DNA from: Eledone cirrhosa
Lineage: Eukaryota
NCBI GenBank assembly: GCA_964016885.1
Contig: OZ024749.1
Span: forward strand, 51,522,001 to 51,586,000
Length of the DNA: 64,000 nt
Direction of reading: 5' to 3'
Positions 1-12,146 of this stretch are shown here, piece after piece. The position numbers were made by a program, and so were the translations under genes. Every line of letters begins with the position of its first letter. The stretch's first letter is position 1. The notes under the pieces were generated by a model. That model worked only from the letters and a program-made list of their open reading frames with translations. It did not search any database and was not told the origin of the DNA.

Positions 1-1294
1 TTAAAAAAGGGATAGTTTAAGACCGTTTGGTATCAAAAGGTTTAAATAGTTTCGTAGATTACTTTCTTTTTTTTTTTTTTTTGTATATGACATCAAGTAG
101 TTGTTGCTGTGTGTGATACACTCCATCAAAGCTGTCTTTTGTACAGTGATAAATAAATAGTGACATATATATTAAGCCTGAACATAATGGAATCAAATTC
201 CCACTGTCACTGCCTCTGTCTCTTTCACTGTCCCCATCTCTCACTATTACAAGCAAATGGGAGTCTATGCGCTGGCCATCCCACAGCCCTGGTGGACAGA
301 ATAGAAAAGGTATTTTTCCAGAGGATGGTGAGGGAGATGTGATTGAAGAGCCATTCCAGCCCATGAGGCTCACACCTGATGGTAGCTAACTCTGTGCCAG
401 TGGTGGTGAGTAGGGAGGTGGACACCCAAAATCTCCACTGTCATCAAGTTAGGGTTGATGCAAATATAGGTTTGTAAATAGAAGTTTATCTTATCAATCC
501 TCTCCTTTTCACAACTTTGATATATTTATAATACTTTGGAAAAATGGCTGAGAAATTTAAATATGAAATCTCTGGCTCTTTGATGTGTTGGTAATCATGT
601 CCATTTTCCCTCCTACTAGCAAGGGTTGGATACATGGTTATCATCACAGACTGTTCAGTATTCAAGTGAATCCATCGACATCCAGGTGAGCTAGGGGCTC
701 AACATATGATAGCCTTCCCTATAAAGTGCATTTTATCAGGTAGATCACCAACACTAGGAAAGTTTATGTCTTTCACACAACTGAATAATCCTCCCCAAAC
801 ATTTGTTTGGCTGGATGCCCTTTACTATCAACAACCACTTTACAGACTGTACTGGGTGAGTTTATCATGAAGATCACTAATATTGACCCTTTAGCATTTA
901 CATTACTCTATATTTCCTATTGTATTTTCACATTAAAGGCTGAATCTCTCATAATTATCTCACATAATATCAAATCTATGAGATTTTGATATTATTTATT
1001 TTGAGAACAATACCTAAACATCAGTATAAGCAGCCACTTACAGCCAGTTTGAACAGAAAGGTGAGAAAATTCCTGGCTGGATATGGTCAGTTTAAAAGCT
1101 AAAGGGTTAAGAAATCTGTCATGCCTATAGCATAACTGAAGAGCCCTTGCAACTATCCATTATATACATTTGCTTTTATTAGAACATATCTCCATCAAAT
1201 TTCCTATTACTCTTGTAAATTTTGAACAGGTTTAGGAAGAGTGTAGAATAGTTTAGTCTTATTTACTCCATTTGTCATAGTCATATGGTTGAGT

Positions 1295-2070
1295 CACATC
1301 ACATTATTTAATACATTGGAAGATGATCTCTGATATGCTCTGGATAGGTTTGTTGCTGAGTGATGCACAGCAGGAATGATAATCAATGCTGCCAAGACTG
1401 AGACATTCACCCTCTCAAGGAAGCCTGTGCAGTACATACTGCGTGTGAGTAGAGTTACACAGAAACAGGTGGAGAAGTTCAAGTACCTGAGAGCCATGTT
1501 CATGTCTGATGGAAAGCAGGAGGTTGAATTAAATGCAAGACTTGCAGGAGTTGGTCCAGTAATGAGTCAGCTTCAGCTGTCAGTCTTCTGAAGATGGGAA
1601 ACAGGTATAAAAACCCAACTCGCTGTTGTTAATTTGATATTCACACTACCCTTATCTATGGTCATGAATCTTGGATAATGACCAAAAGCAACTGAAATGA
1701 GGTTCTTCTGAAGGGTCTTTGGAGTAATGTTACTTGATAGAGTGCATAGCTTGGAAATCAGAGTCACTGCAGATAGAGCTGCTACTTCTCCGAATCAAGA
1801 GATCACAGCTCTGGTACTACAGACATGTGGTTAGAATGTCTAACAAAAAGAAAACCCCGGACAGATTTTTCAAGTAAAGTCAACTGGCAGGATTCTCAGG
1901 GGTAGACCACAAGCAACATAGTTGGATAACATCCATGAGCTCGGCTGGTCTCGCTTGGGGATCCAGCTAGATCATTTGGAGATGGTTGCTTCTGATAAGA
2001 CCCTCAGGAAGGCAAGTCTGAGGACTCTGCCTCCCCATGATCCTCTCATGAAGAAGGAAAAGAAGAAAAA
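1295..2070 (+). mobile_element. Degenerate RTE-clade LINE 3' fragment (RT C-terminus)
   Basis: AGMIINAAKTE..QVEKFKYL..ELNARL; later GRP..W.DNI..DKTLRK; stops and frameshifts; second long copy at ~25755-26432. Confidence 0.8.
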
Positions 2071-2444
2071 TGCTGGCCACATTCAACAATTCAATATTTG
2101 GATTTGATTTAAATAGACTTTTTTCACAGTGAAATCAGCTCCTGGTGTCCCTAAAATCTGGATACATAGGAAATATGTATATTTTCAGTAAAAAACAAAA
2201 CATTCATTCATGTTATAAATAGTGATATTTCCTATATGTCCAGACTTCAGGGGGACTCTGTATAATACAAAGAATAATGTGCTCATGCATAGAGATGCTA
2301 TAAAATAGTTTATAAAATAGGGTGGAGACCCTTAAAGATGGAAAAAGAAATTGCCATCAGCGTCTATGAAGAATTGAACCCTATATCTCCCAGATACCAG
2401 CTAATACATTTATTTAGAGGTTTAGGTGAATTTTAAAAAAATAA

Positions 2445-2940
2445 TAATAATGAAAATTATTGTGTACAGTGCTCAGGTACACTACAACTCATCAAAGGTG
2501 CATGTATAGTAATTAGAATAATGTACAAATGTCAGGGGGAAAGTGAACAGTGTATGAGTCATGATATACATACAGACACATGCATCTGGGGGTATTGAGG
2601 GGGAATATCAGGAATCATGGAAATTTTAAAGGATGTAGTGTCCTGACAGCTAAAAACTGATGCAGGTAGTTTGTTCCATGCTTCAGCAACTCTAAGCATG
2701 AACAAATTTTTCCAGAAGTCATGGGAGCTGTACTGTTTTCTGATTTTGTATGTCCACGGGTGTTAGACATATGGAATTCAAATAGGTGCTCAGGGTTGTT
2801 GAAAAGCTAGTTAATAATCTTGTGGCTATCTACCAATTCAGTTGCCAGATGGTGCTTTAATGTATCCATGCCCAGGCATTCAGAGTATGGCAGATGCCAG
2901 ATGGAGGGTATTCATTTGGTTGTACGTCTCTGAACAGTTT
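2445..2940 (-). mobile_element. CR1/L2-type LINE 3' end
   Basis: Minus-strand remnants ETVQRRTTK..LPYSE and HDFWKNLFMLRVAEAWNKLPASV, typical of CR1/L2 ORF2 C-termini. Confidence 0.7.
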
Positions 2941-3239
2941 GTGGTCATAGATGATATATTAAGGTTCTCTTAATCAAAGAAGGAAAATTACAAATATCTA
3001 CAAGGTTTTATTTTTTCAGCGATGTTAATACAAACATCTTAAACTGAATTCAAGCAAAATCTCAATTATATGACCAGACACTGCCCACAACAGGACAACC
3101 CGTCTAACCCATGCTAGCGTGGAAGAACGGACGTAAAACGGTGATGATGATGATGCTGACCAAGTAAGTAAAATGTGTGTAAATTGGACATTTACTAACC
3201 AAAGAAAGAGTAAAACTAGATCTAGATAGTGTTGTTTCG

Positions 3240-3512
3240 ACAATAAAATACACTGTAAAATGGTGGTGTCACAATAATATATACCCTGTACACTCTGTTA
3301 AGTGGTAGTGTTGTTGTCACAATAAACTACACCTACTCTGTAAAATGGTAGTGCTGGTGCCACAATAAAATACACCCAGTACACTCTGTAAAATGGTAGT
3401 GTTGTTGCCACAATAAAATACACCCAGTACACTCTGTAATGTAGTAGTATTGTTGCCACAATAAAATACACCCAGTACACTCTGTAAATTGTTAATGCTG
3501 GTGCCACAATAT
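3240..3512. repeat. ~40-50-bp minisatellite derived from a SINE-internal unit
   Basis: Tandem CACAATAAAATACACCCAGTACACTCTGTAAAATGGTAGTGTTG units (explains ORFs 3298..3526); related arrays at ~17810-17930, 34830-35140, 46940-47240, 49950-50180. Confidence 0.8.
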
Positions 3513-3726
3513 ATATACCAAAACATTTTAGTTTAGTTTCACTTCAATGCAAAGTTTCTTTTAATAGAAAATATATAAATATAGTGTGTATACGTAGCTG
3601 ATCTCTTGAACGTTTACAAAGTGCTAAGATAAAGTTAATATAAAGAATGATGTGCTCATGTGTGGTATCTGAGAGATAAGGGGTTTGATTCCTCATAACA
3701 GCTGATAGCAACTTCTTTTTCTGTCT

Positions 3727-3950
3727 TTAACCCTTTAACATTTACATTACTCTATATTTACTATTGTATTTTCATGGTAAACACTTTACCTCACATAATT
3801 ATCTCACATGATATCAAATCTACGAGATTTTGATATATATTTTGAGAACAATACATTAAAGTCTGTATGAGTGGCTAGTTACGACCGGTTTGAACAGAAA
3901 AATTTGAGAGAATTCTGGCCAGATATGGCCAGTTTAAATGCTAGTGTTAA
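3727..3950. mobile_element. piggyBac-type MITE family (representative copy)
   Basis: Family consensus TTAA|CCCTTTAGCATTTA..TAAATGCTAAAGGG|TTAA. This copy splits another repeat (3640-4005) at a TTAA. Further copies at ~884-1110, 19017-19217, 33900-34070, 34104-34302, 35570-35795, 44845-45172, 52828-52954, 62325-62545. Confidence 0.8.
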
Positions 3951-4843
3951 GGGTCTTCACCCTATTTTATAAGTTATTCTATAGAATCTCTGCTCATGAG
4001 CACATCATCATCATCATCATTGTTTAACATCTATCTTCCACACTAGCATGGGTTAGATGGGAATTGTCCCATTTGAGGCAAGATTGATTGGGTGACCATG
4101 TCTCGCTCGTATAAGACTGTATCTGGCAGGTTTTCTATGGATGGATGCCCTTCCTAACACCAACCACATTTACAGTGTGGACTGGGAGCCTTTTTATCGT
4201 GTCTCCTACACAAGCACTTTACAACGTGGACTGGGTGCTTTTTTGTCGTCATTCTTTATATTAAATATATGAATATATATTTAACTCTCAGGTAAAGAGA
4301 CGGTAATTTTATCTTAAGTTGTGTACATGTTTAGCAATTTCTGTACAAATTGAGAAGAGCATAAAATATTAGGACAGATAAATAAAATAACATGTAACGC
4401 AACAATACCTTTATTGCCTTCAATTTATTCCAAAATATACTATAAATTTTGAATTGTCATAACCTTCAAATAATATCCTGCATGTTTCAAGCAAACTACA
4501 ACACCCTCATATGATAAAAACATTTTCTCTATCAGAGATCAGTGAATCAGTGCAGGTAGAACTGCTACTTCTCCAAATTGAGAGATATTACAGGCATGAG
4601 GTTAGAATGTCTCAGGAAATAATTTACGGGCAAAACCAACGGCAGGAGACCCAGGGGTAGACCGCGAGCAATATGGCTGGATAACATCCATTAGCTTTGG
4701 TGGTTTCACTTGGGGATTCAGCTGGATCAGTTTGAGATGGTTGCTTCTGACAGGCCCCGCTGGAGGGAGTGTTTGAAGACTCTGCCCCAACGACCCTCTC
4801 AGGAATAAGTAGGTGACGATGAAGAAGAATTGTTTTCACTTAC

Positions 4844-7800
4844 ATTCACAGAACTTATAATGTTTGTGTTGTTTATCATAAGAATGACATGACAACCAAC
4901 AAGTATGGCCACAATCCAGGCGTGTGTTACATGGCTTTAAACATCCACCTTCCGGTACCCGAGAAAAGTCTTCAAGTGATGCCACTTCTGCAAATGTACC
5001 AGGATGGTTCTCACATTTCAACATCATTGCATCAACAAGTAATCTTTTCTCCTCTAACGATAACAAAATGCCTGCCCACAGTGGACTATTTCTAGCAAGA
5101 AGCTGAAAATTTCCAATGACATATAAACCTTTCTTTGCCCTTGATAATGCAACACATACTCTGTTATCAATTTTGAGATATCCAATTGAATCACGGTCAT
5201 TACTTCTGACTAAAGATAATAAAATTATGTCATTTTCTTCTCCTTGGTAGTTATCAACAACGCTGACTCTCACATCCACACATAATAGTTGTTCTTTAAC
5301 CAATTTCTTTATATAAAACAACTGTCCTAGATATGTTGTTAGTATAGTGATTTGGGAACTCTCATAATCTTGTTTTCGCAAATAACAACATAGTTGAATG
5401 ATAAATGAAGCTTCGTATGGATTGAATTTGCTTTTAGTAAATTTTGCTTCGTTTTCTGCCTGACTGTGATTAATGAAATATAAATTTTGGTTAATTCCAC
5501 GTATGTTTTCATACTGCGTTACTGACTCATGATTTTGTAACTCTGGATAAATTGGATGAAATAATTCTGCAATTTCAGGCCTCATACGATGTTGATCAGT
5601 AAGACATTTCACTTCGATATTATTATTAAACATCCGTTCAAAGAGAGAAACATCCAAATTGTAGTATTTTGCAAGTTTATATACATTTGTAGATGGTTGT
5701 AGTTGTTTGTGGTCACCAATTAAAATAAGTTGTTCACAGCTGCGATTTAAACTTGTTATAATATGAGCCTCAAGAATTTCTGCAGCTTCTTCTACGATTA
5801 TAATTCGTGGTTGGAGTTCTTGAAAGATTGCTCGATATCTAGCAGCACCTGTAGTTGTCATTCCAATAATCAAAGAATTACTAAAGATGATTTTATCTTC
5901 TTCATATCTCAGCTCTTCCAATCTCTTTGCAGCCATGTTGAATTTTGTTGTTAAATCAAAAAGATCTTCTAATAATTTTGATGAATACAGAGATAGCCAA
6001 TAATGGTAAAGGCACCAACGTTTTGAAACAGGCATTATCCACAAATCAATATAACTGATTGAATCAATTTCTTCAATGGACATAACCTCTTTTGAGTTCA
6101 GTTCTCTTTTTAGTCTTTCCCTCAACATTTTCTTTTCACTTGATTTTCTTTCAAATTCATCTGTATCTACTAAATTATCCCTTTCTTTTGGTGTTCTTTG
6201 ACCAACAGGAAGAGAATTCACTTTAGATCTTGCTTCATTTAAAATTTCAATATCTCTATTGAGCATGCTATCTTCTTGAAGGAATTCAACATCAGAAACA
6301 AATTCGGTAGCTCGATTATAAATAATGGCGTTTTCAATATTGTCCTCAATAACTGGGACGTCTCCAAAACCTAACCATTCTTCCATAATGAAACAATTAT
6401 TTCCAATCAATCCCGCCAAATTATCCTGAAAACTTTCTATCAAAAGGTTATAAAGGTGACCCATATGTGGCTGAAGAGTATCAATAGAAATAATTTTCCA
6501 CTTTGTTCCTTGAAACTGGTTAGTTTTCTCATCAACATTTATTTTAAGTTCCCTCATTTCATCTTCAACATTTTGTCTGTTTATCTTTAGATCAAAATAA
6601 TTTTGCCATAAAAATTCGGATTTCAATTGATGCAGAGAATATTTTTTGAGGACTTCACTAGAGCTTCGTCCTCCAACTCGAACAATACCTCCAACTAAAA
6701 ACTTATCAATACCTTCAAGAAACTGATCCAAAGAATGGTTTGTGTAACATACAATCAACATAGGCCTGCCACACCATTTTTCATGGTTGCTACAGAGTGC
6801 CTTGACTACCTGGAGGCCAATATAAGTCTTTCCTGTTCCTGGTGGACCTTGTGTAAGTGAGAATTCTTTAGATAAAATATTAGAAAAAGCATTCAATTGA
6901 GAATCATTGAAATTCAATAACATTGCTTCTGGCCAGTTGTTAGCTAAAACATCAACCTTAATGGCAGATAAAGATGGACTTTCAACTTTAACAGTTCGGG
7001 TAGTATAATTATAAACAAGTTTACATTTATCAGTTAGACAAGATAAATCAAAGACAAGGCTAGTTTGTGTCAAATATTTTGGAACTTTCACATTTTTATC
7101 AGCATATAAAATATAATCCTGGAAAGGTAAATCCGAAGAAACAATTTCCTTTAAGCCTGTCAAAATATGTCGATATCCTTCAAAAAATGCTTTTGATTCA
7201 ACCATTACAAATTGCTTATTTAAGATGGAATCCATTTTAACATCAGGAAAGAAGTTCAATGTAACTATTCCTTTCTGTAGTTCTTCTGAAATCCTGTCAG
7301 AAACTGTAGCATAATGTGTAGTTAAGAAATTATCTTCAGACAAACAGACAAGTGACCCATATATAAATCTCTTACTTTGTCCCCAATTGATATTTAAGAG
7401 TTTGGAAACATCAAATGATACTTTATACTGAACACCATTATTAGTTGTTGCCCAATCATGAACATATACACCATGATAGACATAAAAATCATCACTTTCT
7501 TTATCATTTAGTATTTGTTTCCTGTTGTTCATACACGAAGCTAATCCTTCGCGTAATGGACCAACAAAATCTTCTCGTAACAAACGAAACTGGACATCCA
7601 GATAATGTTCAAGATTTTCATAAACACCTTTCTTTATATTTTTACGAAGAGCAGGATTTTTAAGGGATACAGTCTCATCTAAAGTAGGAGTTAATTTTAA
7701 ATTCCGAAAATCCTCCAAAGTATTTACTAAAAGATGTTCTTTATTCTGTTGTGGTTCAGCTTCATGTTCAAAACTGATAAGTTTTAAAAGGTTCTGTAGT

Positions 7801-8522
7801 TCTTTAATTTTTGAGTCAATCTCTAAGTCAGAATTCTTAACAACAATATCGAGAATTCCTACAGTTTGCATCACCTTAACATAATTACTGGGTGTAACTG
7901 TTAGAATCATTTTTAAAACATCCAATAATTCAATCAAGAAGTCTCTTTCTTTGTCATTTATTTCAGTTTCAGTGATTGCAATAATTACATCATTGATGTG
8001 ATCAAAGAATCTGGAATACATCATTATTGATAAATGTTTCTTGTTCATTTCCTTCAATGTGAAAGAATTCAAACTTCGCCTCAACACCTTTAAAAACAAT
8101 CTGGTTGTGTAAAGTTCCACTGGTTTATCGAGAAAGTTCTTGTAAGATTCTTCACAAAATCCTAACTTTAAACAAATATCACTTGAATTCTTCTCCATTA
8201 AGTCTTCAAACAACTTCGAATTTAAACAACAAGTTCTGTGTTTTGAACACCCATTAATGTTTACAGATGTCAAAGGATTATGTCGAAAATCTTCAAGTGG
8301 AAGAACTTTCCATTTTGTTTTAGACTTTTTATTTTTATATTTTCTTCCATCAGAAGAAGGTGATTTTGATTGTTGACTTTTATCAGATTCTTCTGAATTA
8401 CCATTACCAATTCTGCCTTCATTTGATCTAACTCTATCAGTCTTTGTTTCTGTTGATGGTTTCTTGTAAAACTCATTTGAGTTTTTTTCTTTCTTTTTGT
8501 ACTCTTTATAGTAGTTGTCCAT
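4844..8522 (-). CDS. ZNFX1: NFX1-type zinc finger-containing protein 1-like (UPF1-like SF1 RNA helicase); single giant coding exon, 3' part not found in window
   Basis: 1228-aa ORF with ZNFX1 signature YLDVQFRLLREDF, Walker A QGPPGTGKT, CYTNHSLDQF, Walker B IVEEAAE, LIGDHKQLQP, QHRMRPEI, VDNYQGEENDIILLSLVRSN, RVCVALSRAK, then the first NF-X1-type finger (CLKPCNTRLDCGHTCWLSCH). Acceptor tatttcag ends at 8528, 5 nt before the ATG (8522). Donor GTAAGT at 4843-4838; unspliced read-through stops at 4836. Confidence 0.93.
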
Positions 8523-9618
8523 TGTTCCTGAAATAACATAAAGTTAGAGATTAAATAATTATAATAATAATGGTTTCTGATTTAGACACAAGGTCAACAA
8601 TTTTTTTTTGGGGGGGGGGGGGTCAATTAGACGGCCCCTGTGAGTTATTGGTAATTTATTTTATCGAGTATTAACTTAAGATCATAAAATTTAAACCATT
8701 TACAGTTTCACAAATGATTTAGAAATGAAAATAAATTTGTCAGTAGCTTTTGTGCATTTTAAAGATAGGGGCTCCAGTCCAATCTTGTCACTATTTATCT
8801 GATGAAAGGTGGGATCCGACATCAAAATGGACTGAGCCAGAACAGACACCATGACAGTGTTAATAAGTAGGAAAACGAATAGGGGGCAGGGTGATACCAT
8901 AAGGAAAATGGCCTTGTTTGATATGTCAGAAAGAGGTGGGCTGAAATTCTATAAGGTACACAGTCTGTAATTAATGGATATAGCAGGATTGCACCAATCA
9001 ACTGCCATGAACTGGTACTTTATTTCTAATCCAATCCAGGGCCTTCTCATTCCTTTGGAGGAACTCCTACCCGTTTGACCTCCACTGCTTTCTGTTTGGT
9101 TTTGGTCATGCCAGGGTGGTAGCCATACTCACTACACTTGGCCAATTGTGGGTTGGTGAGGCTATTTAACCCATTGTTGGGGTGGATGGTCATTGACTCT
9201 GAAGAGTAGATCCACCCTTTTAACAGCTCTTGTTTTTGTGGGAGGGGGTTCATTATTTATTGACCCAGAGAAGATAAGTTGGCCTCAGCAGTAGTAGTAA
9301 CGTAAAAGCGAAATTAGTTACTTTCTGTGATTTCCTATCGAAGCATAGTGAAATAACTTTTTAAGATATAATTAACAATTTGTGTAATTAAATATCGGGT
9401 GTCATTATAGAAATATTAACACAATACACTCTAAATATAATTGTTTCTACTTTTGGCACAAGGCCAGCAATTACCCAGTGCATTACTGGTAATATAATAT
9501 CAACAAACAACACACGCCAAAATAACTCAACAAAAACACTCCATAGAATTAAGTAAAACAAAGAAATATATACGACGCTTAACGTAAAAAATTATTTTAC
9601 TTTTCTTACGCATCTGAA

Positions 9619-9975
9619 ATAATTGTTTCTACTTTTGGCACAAGGCCAGCTATTACCCCAGTACATTACTGCTACTTTATTTTATCGACCCCGTAAGGAT
9701 GAAAGGCAAGGTTAACCTCGGCGGGATCTGAAATAATAATGTGTTTGAGTTCGAGTGTCGTGCTTTGTGAAAGAATAAAATATAAGATCTATGTCGCCAA
9801 ATACGAAGACGTAATGAATATGTTTAAATATGGTGTCTGATGAAGGTACAAGGGCAGCAATTTTAGGGGAAGCCGATTAAATGGACTACAGTATGTTACT
9901 GGTATTTTATTTTATCGACCCCGTAAGGATGAAAGGCAAAGTTAACTTCGGCGGAATTTGAACTTAGAACGTAAT
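9619..9975 (-). mobile_element. Abundant SINE family (two adjacent antisense copies; representative)
   Basis: GGTACTTTATTTTATCGACCCCGTAAGGATGAAAGGCAAAGTTAACCTCGGCGG recurs at ~17020-17130, 22235-22430, 24355-24460, 27885-28220, 32845-32990, 52700-52815, 62820-62935. Confidence 0.75.
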
Positions 9976-10469
9976 ATTATGAAAGAAATTCGCTCTCAAC
10001 TCATTTAACGATGCAATGAAATCTATTTAAGGTATAATCGAAATCTTTAACATCTTGAAATACTGTTATGCATAGAAACAGAGACGAGAAAGGTTATAAA
10101 AAGTGGAATTTCCATGGGTCCTACCAAGCAAAATTAATTTCGTTGATATGCGACGTAAATAAAGCCTCGCTCGCTCAATTCATAAATTTTCTTCTTAGCC
10201 AAATTTTCATATATGTATGTATATACATTGAGCCTTTTTATAAATTTAATTTAACTAATTTTTTTCTTTTCTTTTCATCATAAATAATTAACATTAACGA
10301 TATATAAATATATTTCTGCTTTCTACAATACCGAAAAGTATCGCTCTTAATGCATTTCGTTAAAGAGCCTATTATATTTTTCATTAACTTATAAAACAAT
10401 ATGCAACTACGCCATGTCAATTTATTTGTAATTTCCATGAACTTAGTCGTTAATAAATCGTCTACTTAC

Positions 10470-10640
10470 CAAATATTAATGTGATATCTCCTTATTTATA
10501 GATAATTTCCATATTCGAGAATAAATATTCATGTTAGAATATAATAGTTTGTTATTTTATCAAGCACTAGACTAAGTAAGAGGGAATAACTCCGTAGTAT
10601 ACTATATTAGTGTTCAAGAATCAAAGTTATCTCCCTTGCT
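10470..10640 (-). promoter_or_regulatory. Putative ZNFX1 non-coding first exon / promoter
   Basis: Consensus donor G|GTAAGT at 10470/10469 on the minus strand in a CpG-retaining zone. The acceptor just before the ZNFX1 ATG requires an upstream 5'UTR exon. GGGA(G)ATAACT motifs at 10581-10592 and 10624-10638. Confidence 0.5.
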
Positions 10641-11565
10641 TGAAGAACGTGATTCCAACGAGAACAATAATGTCAGCTACTATTTGGTTGAAAAATAAAC
10701 AAAAAAAAAAAATAGGAGATACAATCAATCATACACCACTTCAAGGGGCGCTGGAGCCAGCCCCTAATAATGTTTTAGGTTAATACATTTGCAATGGATT
10801 ATTAATTCCAAAACAAATACTGCTTCTTCTCCCACTGGGAGAGTCGTGCGTGCAGAGTCCTCAAACACTCCTTCCAACAGGTCCTGTCAAAAGCAACCGT
10901 CTCAAATTGATTTGTCTGGATCCTTAAGCAAGACCAGCTGAGCTCATGGATGGTATTCAACCCCTGGATCCCCTGTCGGTTGGTTTTGCCCGTAAAATCT
11001 ATCCAACGATTCTTTCCTAAGACAATCTAACCACGTCTGTAGTATCGGAGTTGCGGCACACACGTCTAAATATATTAAATGTCAGTTCAAAATATTCGTT
11101 TAATTACTTTATTATATATTTTTACATTTAAATTAAGTTTCTAAATATTTTCTGTTCAACGTTTTCTTTTTTCAGTGTAACAGGCCACCTGACGTTTTCG
11201 TCAAATTTTCAATAGGAAAAACTATCTTATGTGGACAATCTTATCTTGAATAAGGAAATGGTATATTAGATAGTGCAGTCCTACGTACCACAAAAAAAAA
11301 ATAGGATGATCATCATGGCTTGAATATATTTGAGAGCAGAGTTCTGCTCATTCAGGGTTCACCTAAAGTTAAATAATTGTTATATATATCATCATCATCA
11401 TCATCATCAACGTTTAACGTCCGTGTTCCACGCTTGCATGGGTTTGGACGGGGGTAGTCCCACTTGAGGCAAGAGTGATTGTCTTGCTCGCATAGGACTG
11501 TCTGGCATATATATATTAAAATACAAATATTAATAAAATAGATGTTCTTTTTGATCAATTACATT

Positions 11566-11612
11566 TTATTATACATATTTCGGATGTTCAACAGTACGTC
11601 CTCATCAGACAA
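11566..11612 (-). ncRNA. Minimal type-I hammerhead ribozyme motif (HHR-A)
   Basis: Minus strand: UUGU-CUGAUGA-GGACGU acuguuga ACAUCC-GAAA-UAUGUA-UA^-AUAA. Intact core, 5/6-bp stem II, short stem III, AUA triplet, 4-bp stem I with one GU. Confidence 0.6.
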
Positions 11613-11722
11613 TATATGATACATGACATACCCTGAGATATTAAATGGTTAAGATTTAATCTCTCTCTCTCTCGAGAGAGAGAGAGAGAATAGTAGTAGT
11701 TCCACAACAGGTAGTTCACCAT

Positions 11723-11765
11723 ACCGAGAACAAATGTTTCACCTTATGTGGATCTTCAGCTCGGT
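11723..11765 (-). ncRNA. Minimal type-I hammerhead ribozyme motif (HHR-B)
   Basis: Minus strand: ACCGAG-CUGAAGA-UCCACAUAAGGU-GAAA-CAUUUG-UU^-CUCGGU. Perfect 6-bp stem I, weak stem II, GUU triplet. Confidence 0.6.
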
Positions 11766-11899
11766 CTGAAAAAGAGTCAGGACCCCGACGGCTGAGCTCC
11801 GGCCGTTTCGACAGCTAGTGCTCTACTACTACGGATATAACTCTCCAGTGTTCTACTATTATATATATATAATAAAGAAGAAATTAAAAGAGTTCTATG

Positions 11900-11969
11900 T
11901 ATTTTATTATGTGCATTTCGAATACAAAATCATCCTGGGACAAAAATTGTGTTCTCATCAGATAAAATA
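11900..11969 (-). ncRNA. Type-I hammerhead ribozyme motif (HHR-C) in left arm of a palindrome
   Basis: Minus strand: UAUUUUAU-CUGAUGA-GAACACAA..UUGUAUUC-GAAA-UGCACA-UA^-AUAAAAUA. 8-bp stem I, 7/8-bp stem II, 3-bp stem III, AUA triplet. Confidence 0.7.
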
Positions 11970-12079
11970 AGGTAACATGATATTAGGCATAATAGCACTT
12001 GTTTACAGGAAAGTGTTAAGTCTACATATACCACTTTCCTGTAAACAAGTGCTATTATATGCCTCATATCATGTTACCT

Positions 12080-12146
12080 TATTTTATCTGAGAACACACT
12101 TTTTGTCCCAGGATGATTTTGTATTCGAAATGCGCATAATAAAATA
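12080..12146 (+). ncRNA. Inactivated hammerhead copy (HHR-D; 3-nt core deletion) in right arm of the palindrome
   Basis: UAUUUUAU-CUGA(---)GAACAC..GUAUUC-GAAA-UGCGCA-UA-AUAAAAUA; perfectly palindromic AUGCGCAU stem/loop III, but CUGAUGA reduced to CUGA. Confidence 0.55.

Noticed and set aside
59-430. Possible downstream ZNFX1 exon or short ORFs at window start
   Set aside because: No NF-X1 Cys/His pattern; ~190-310 matches a repeat also at ~58722-58830.
3240-3512. Regular repeats resembling a CRISPR array
   Set aside because: Eukaryotic DNA, no unique spacers, no cas genes; units derive from a SINE.
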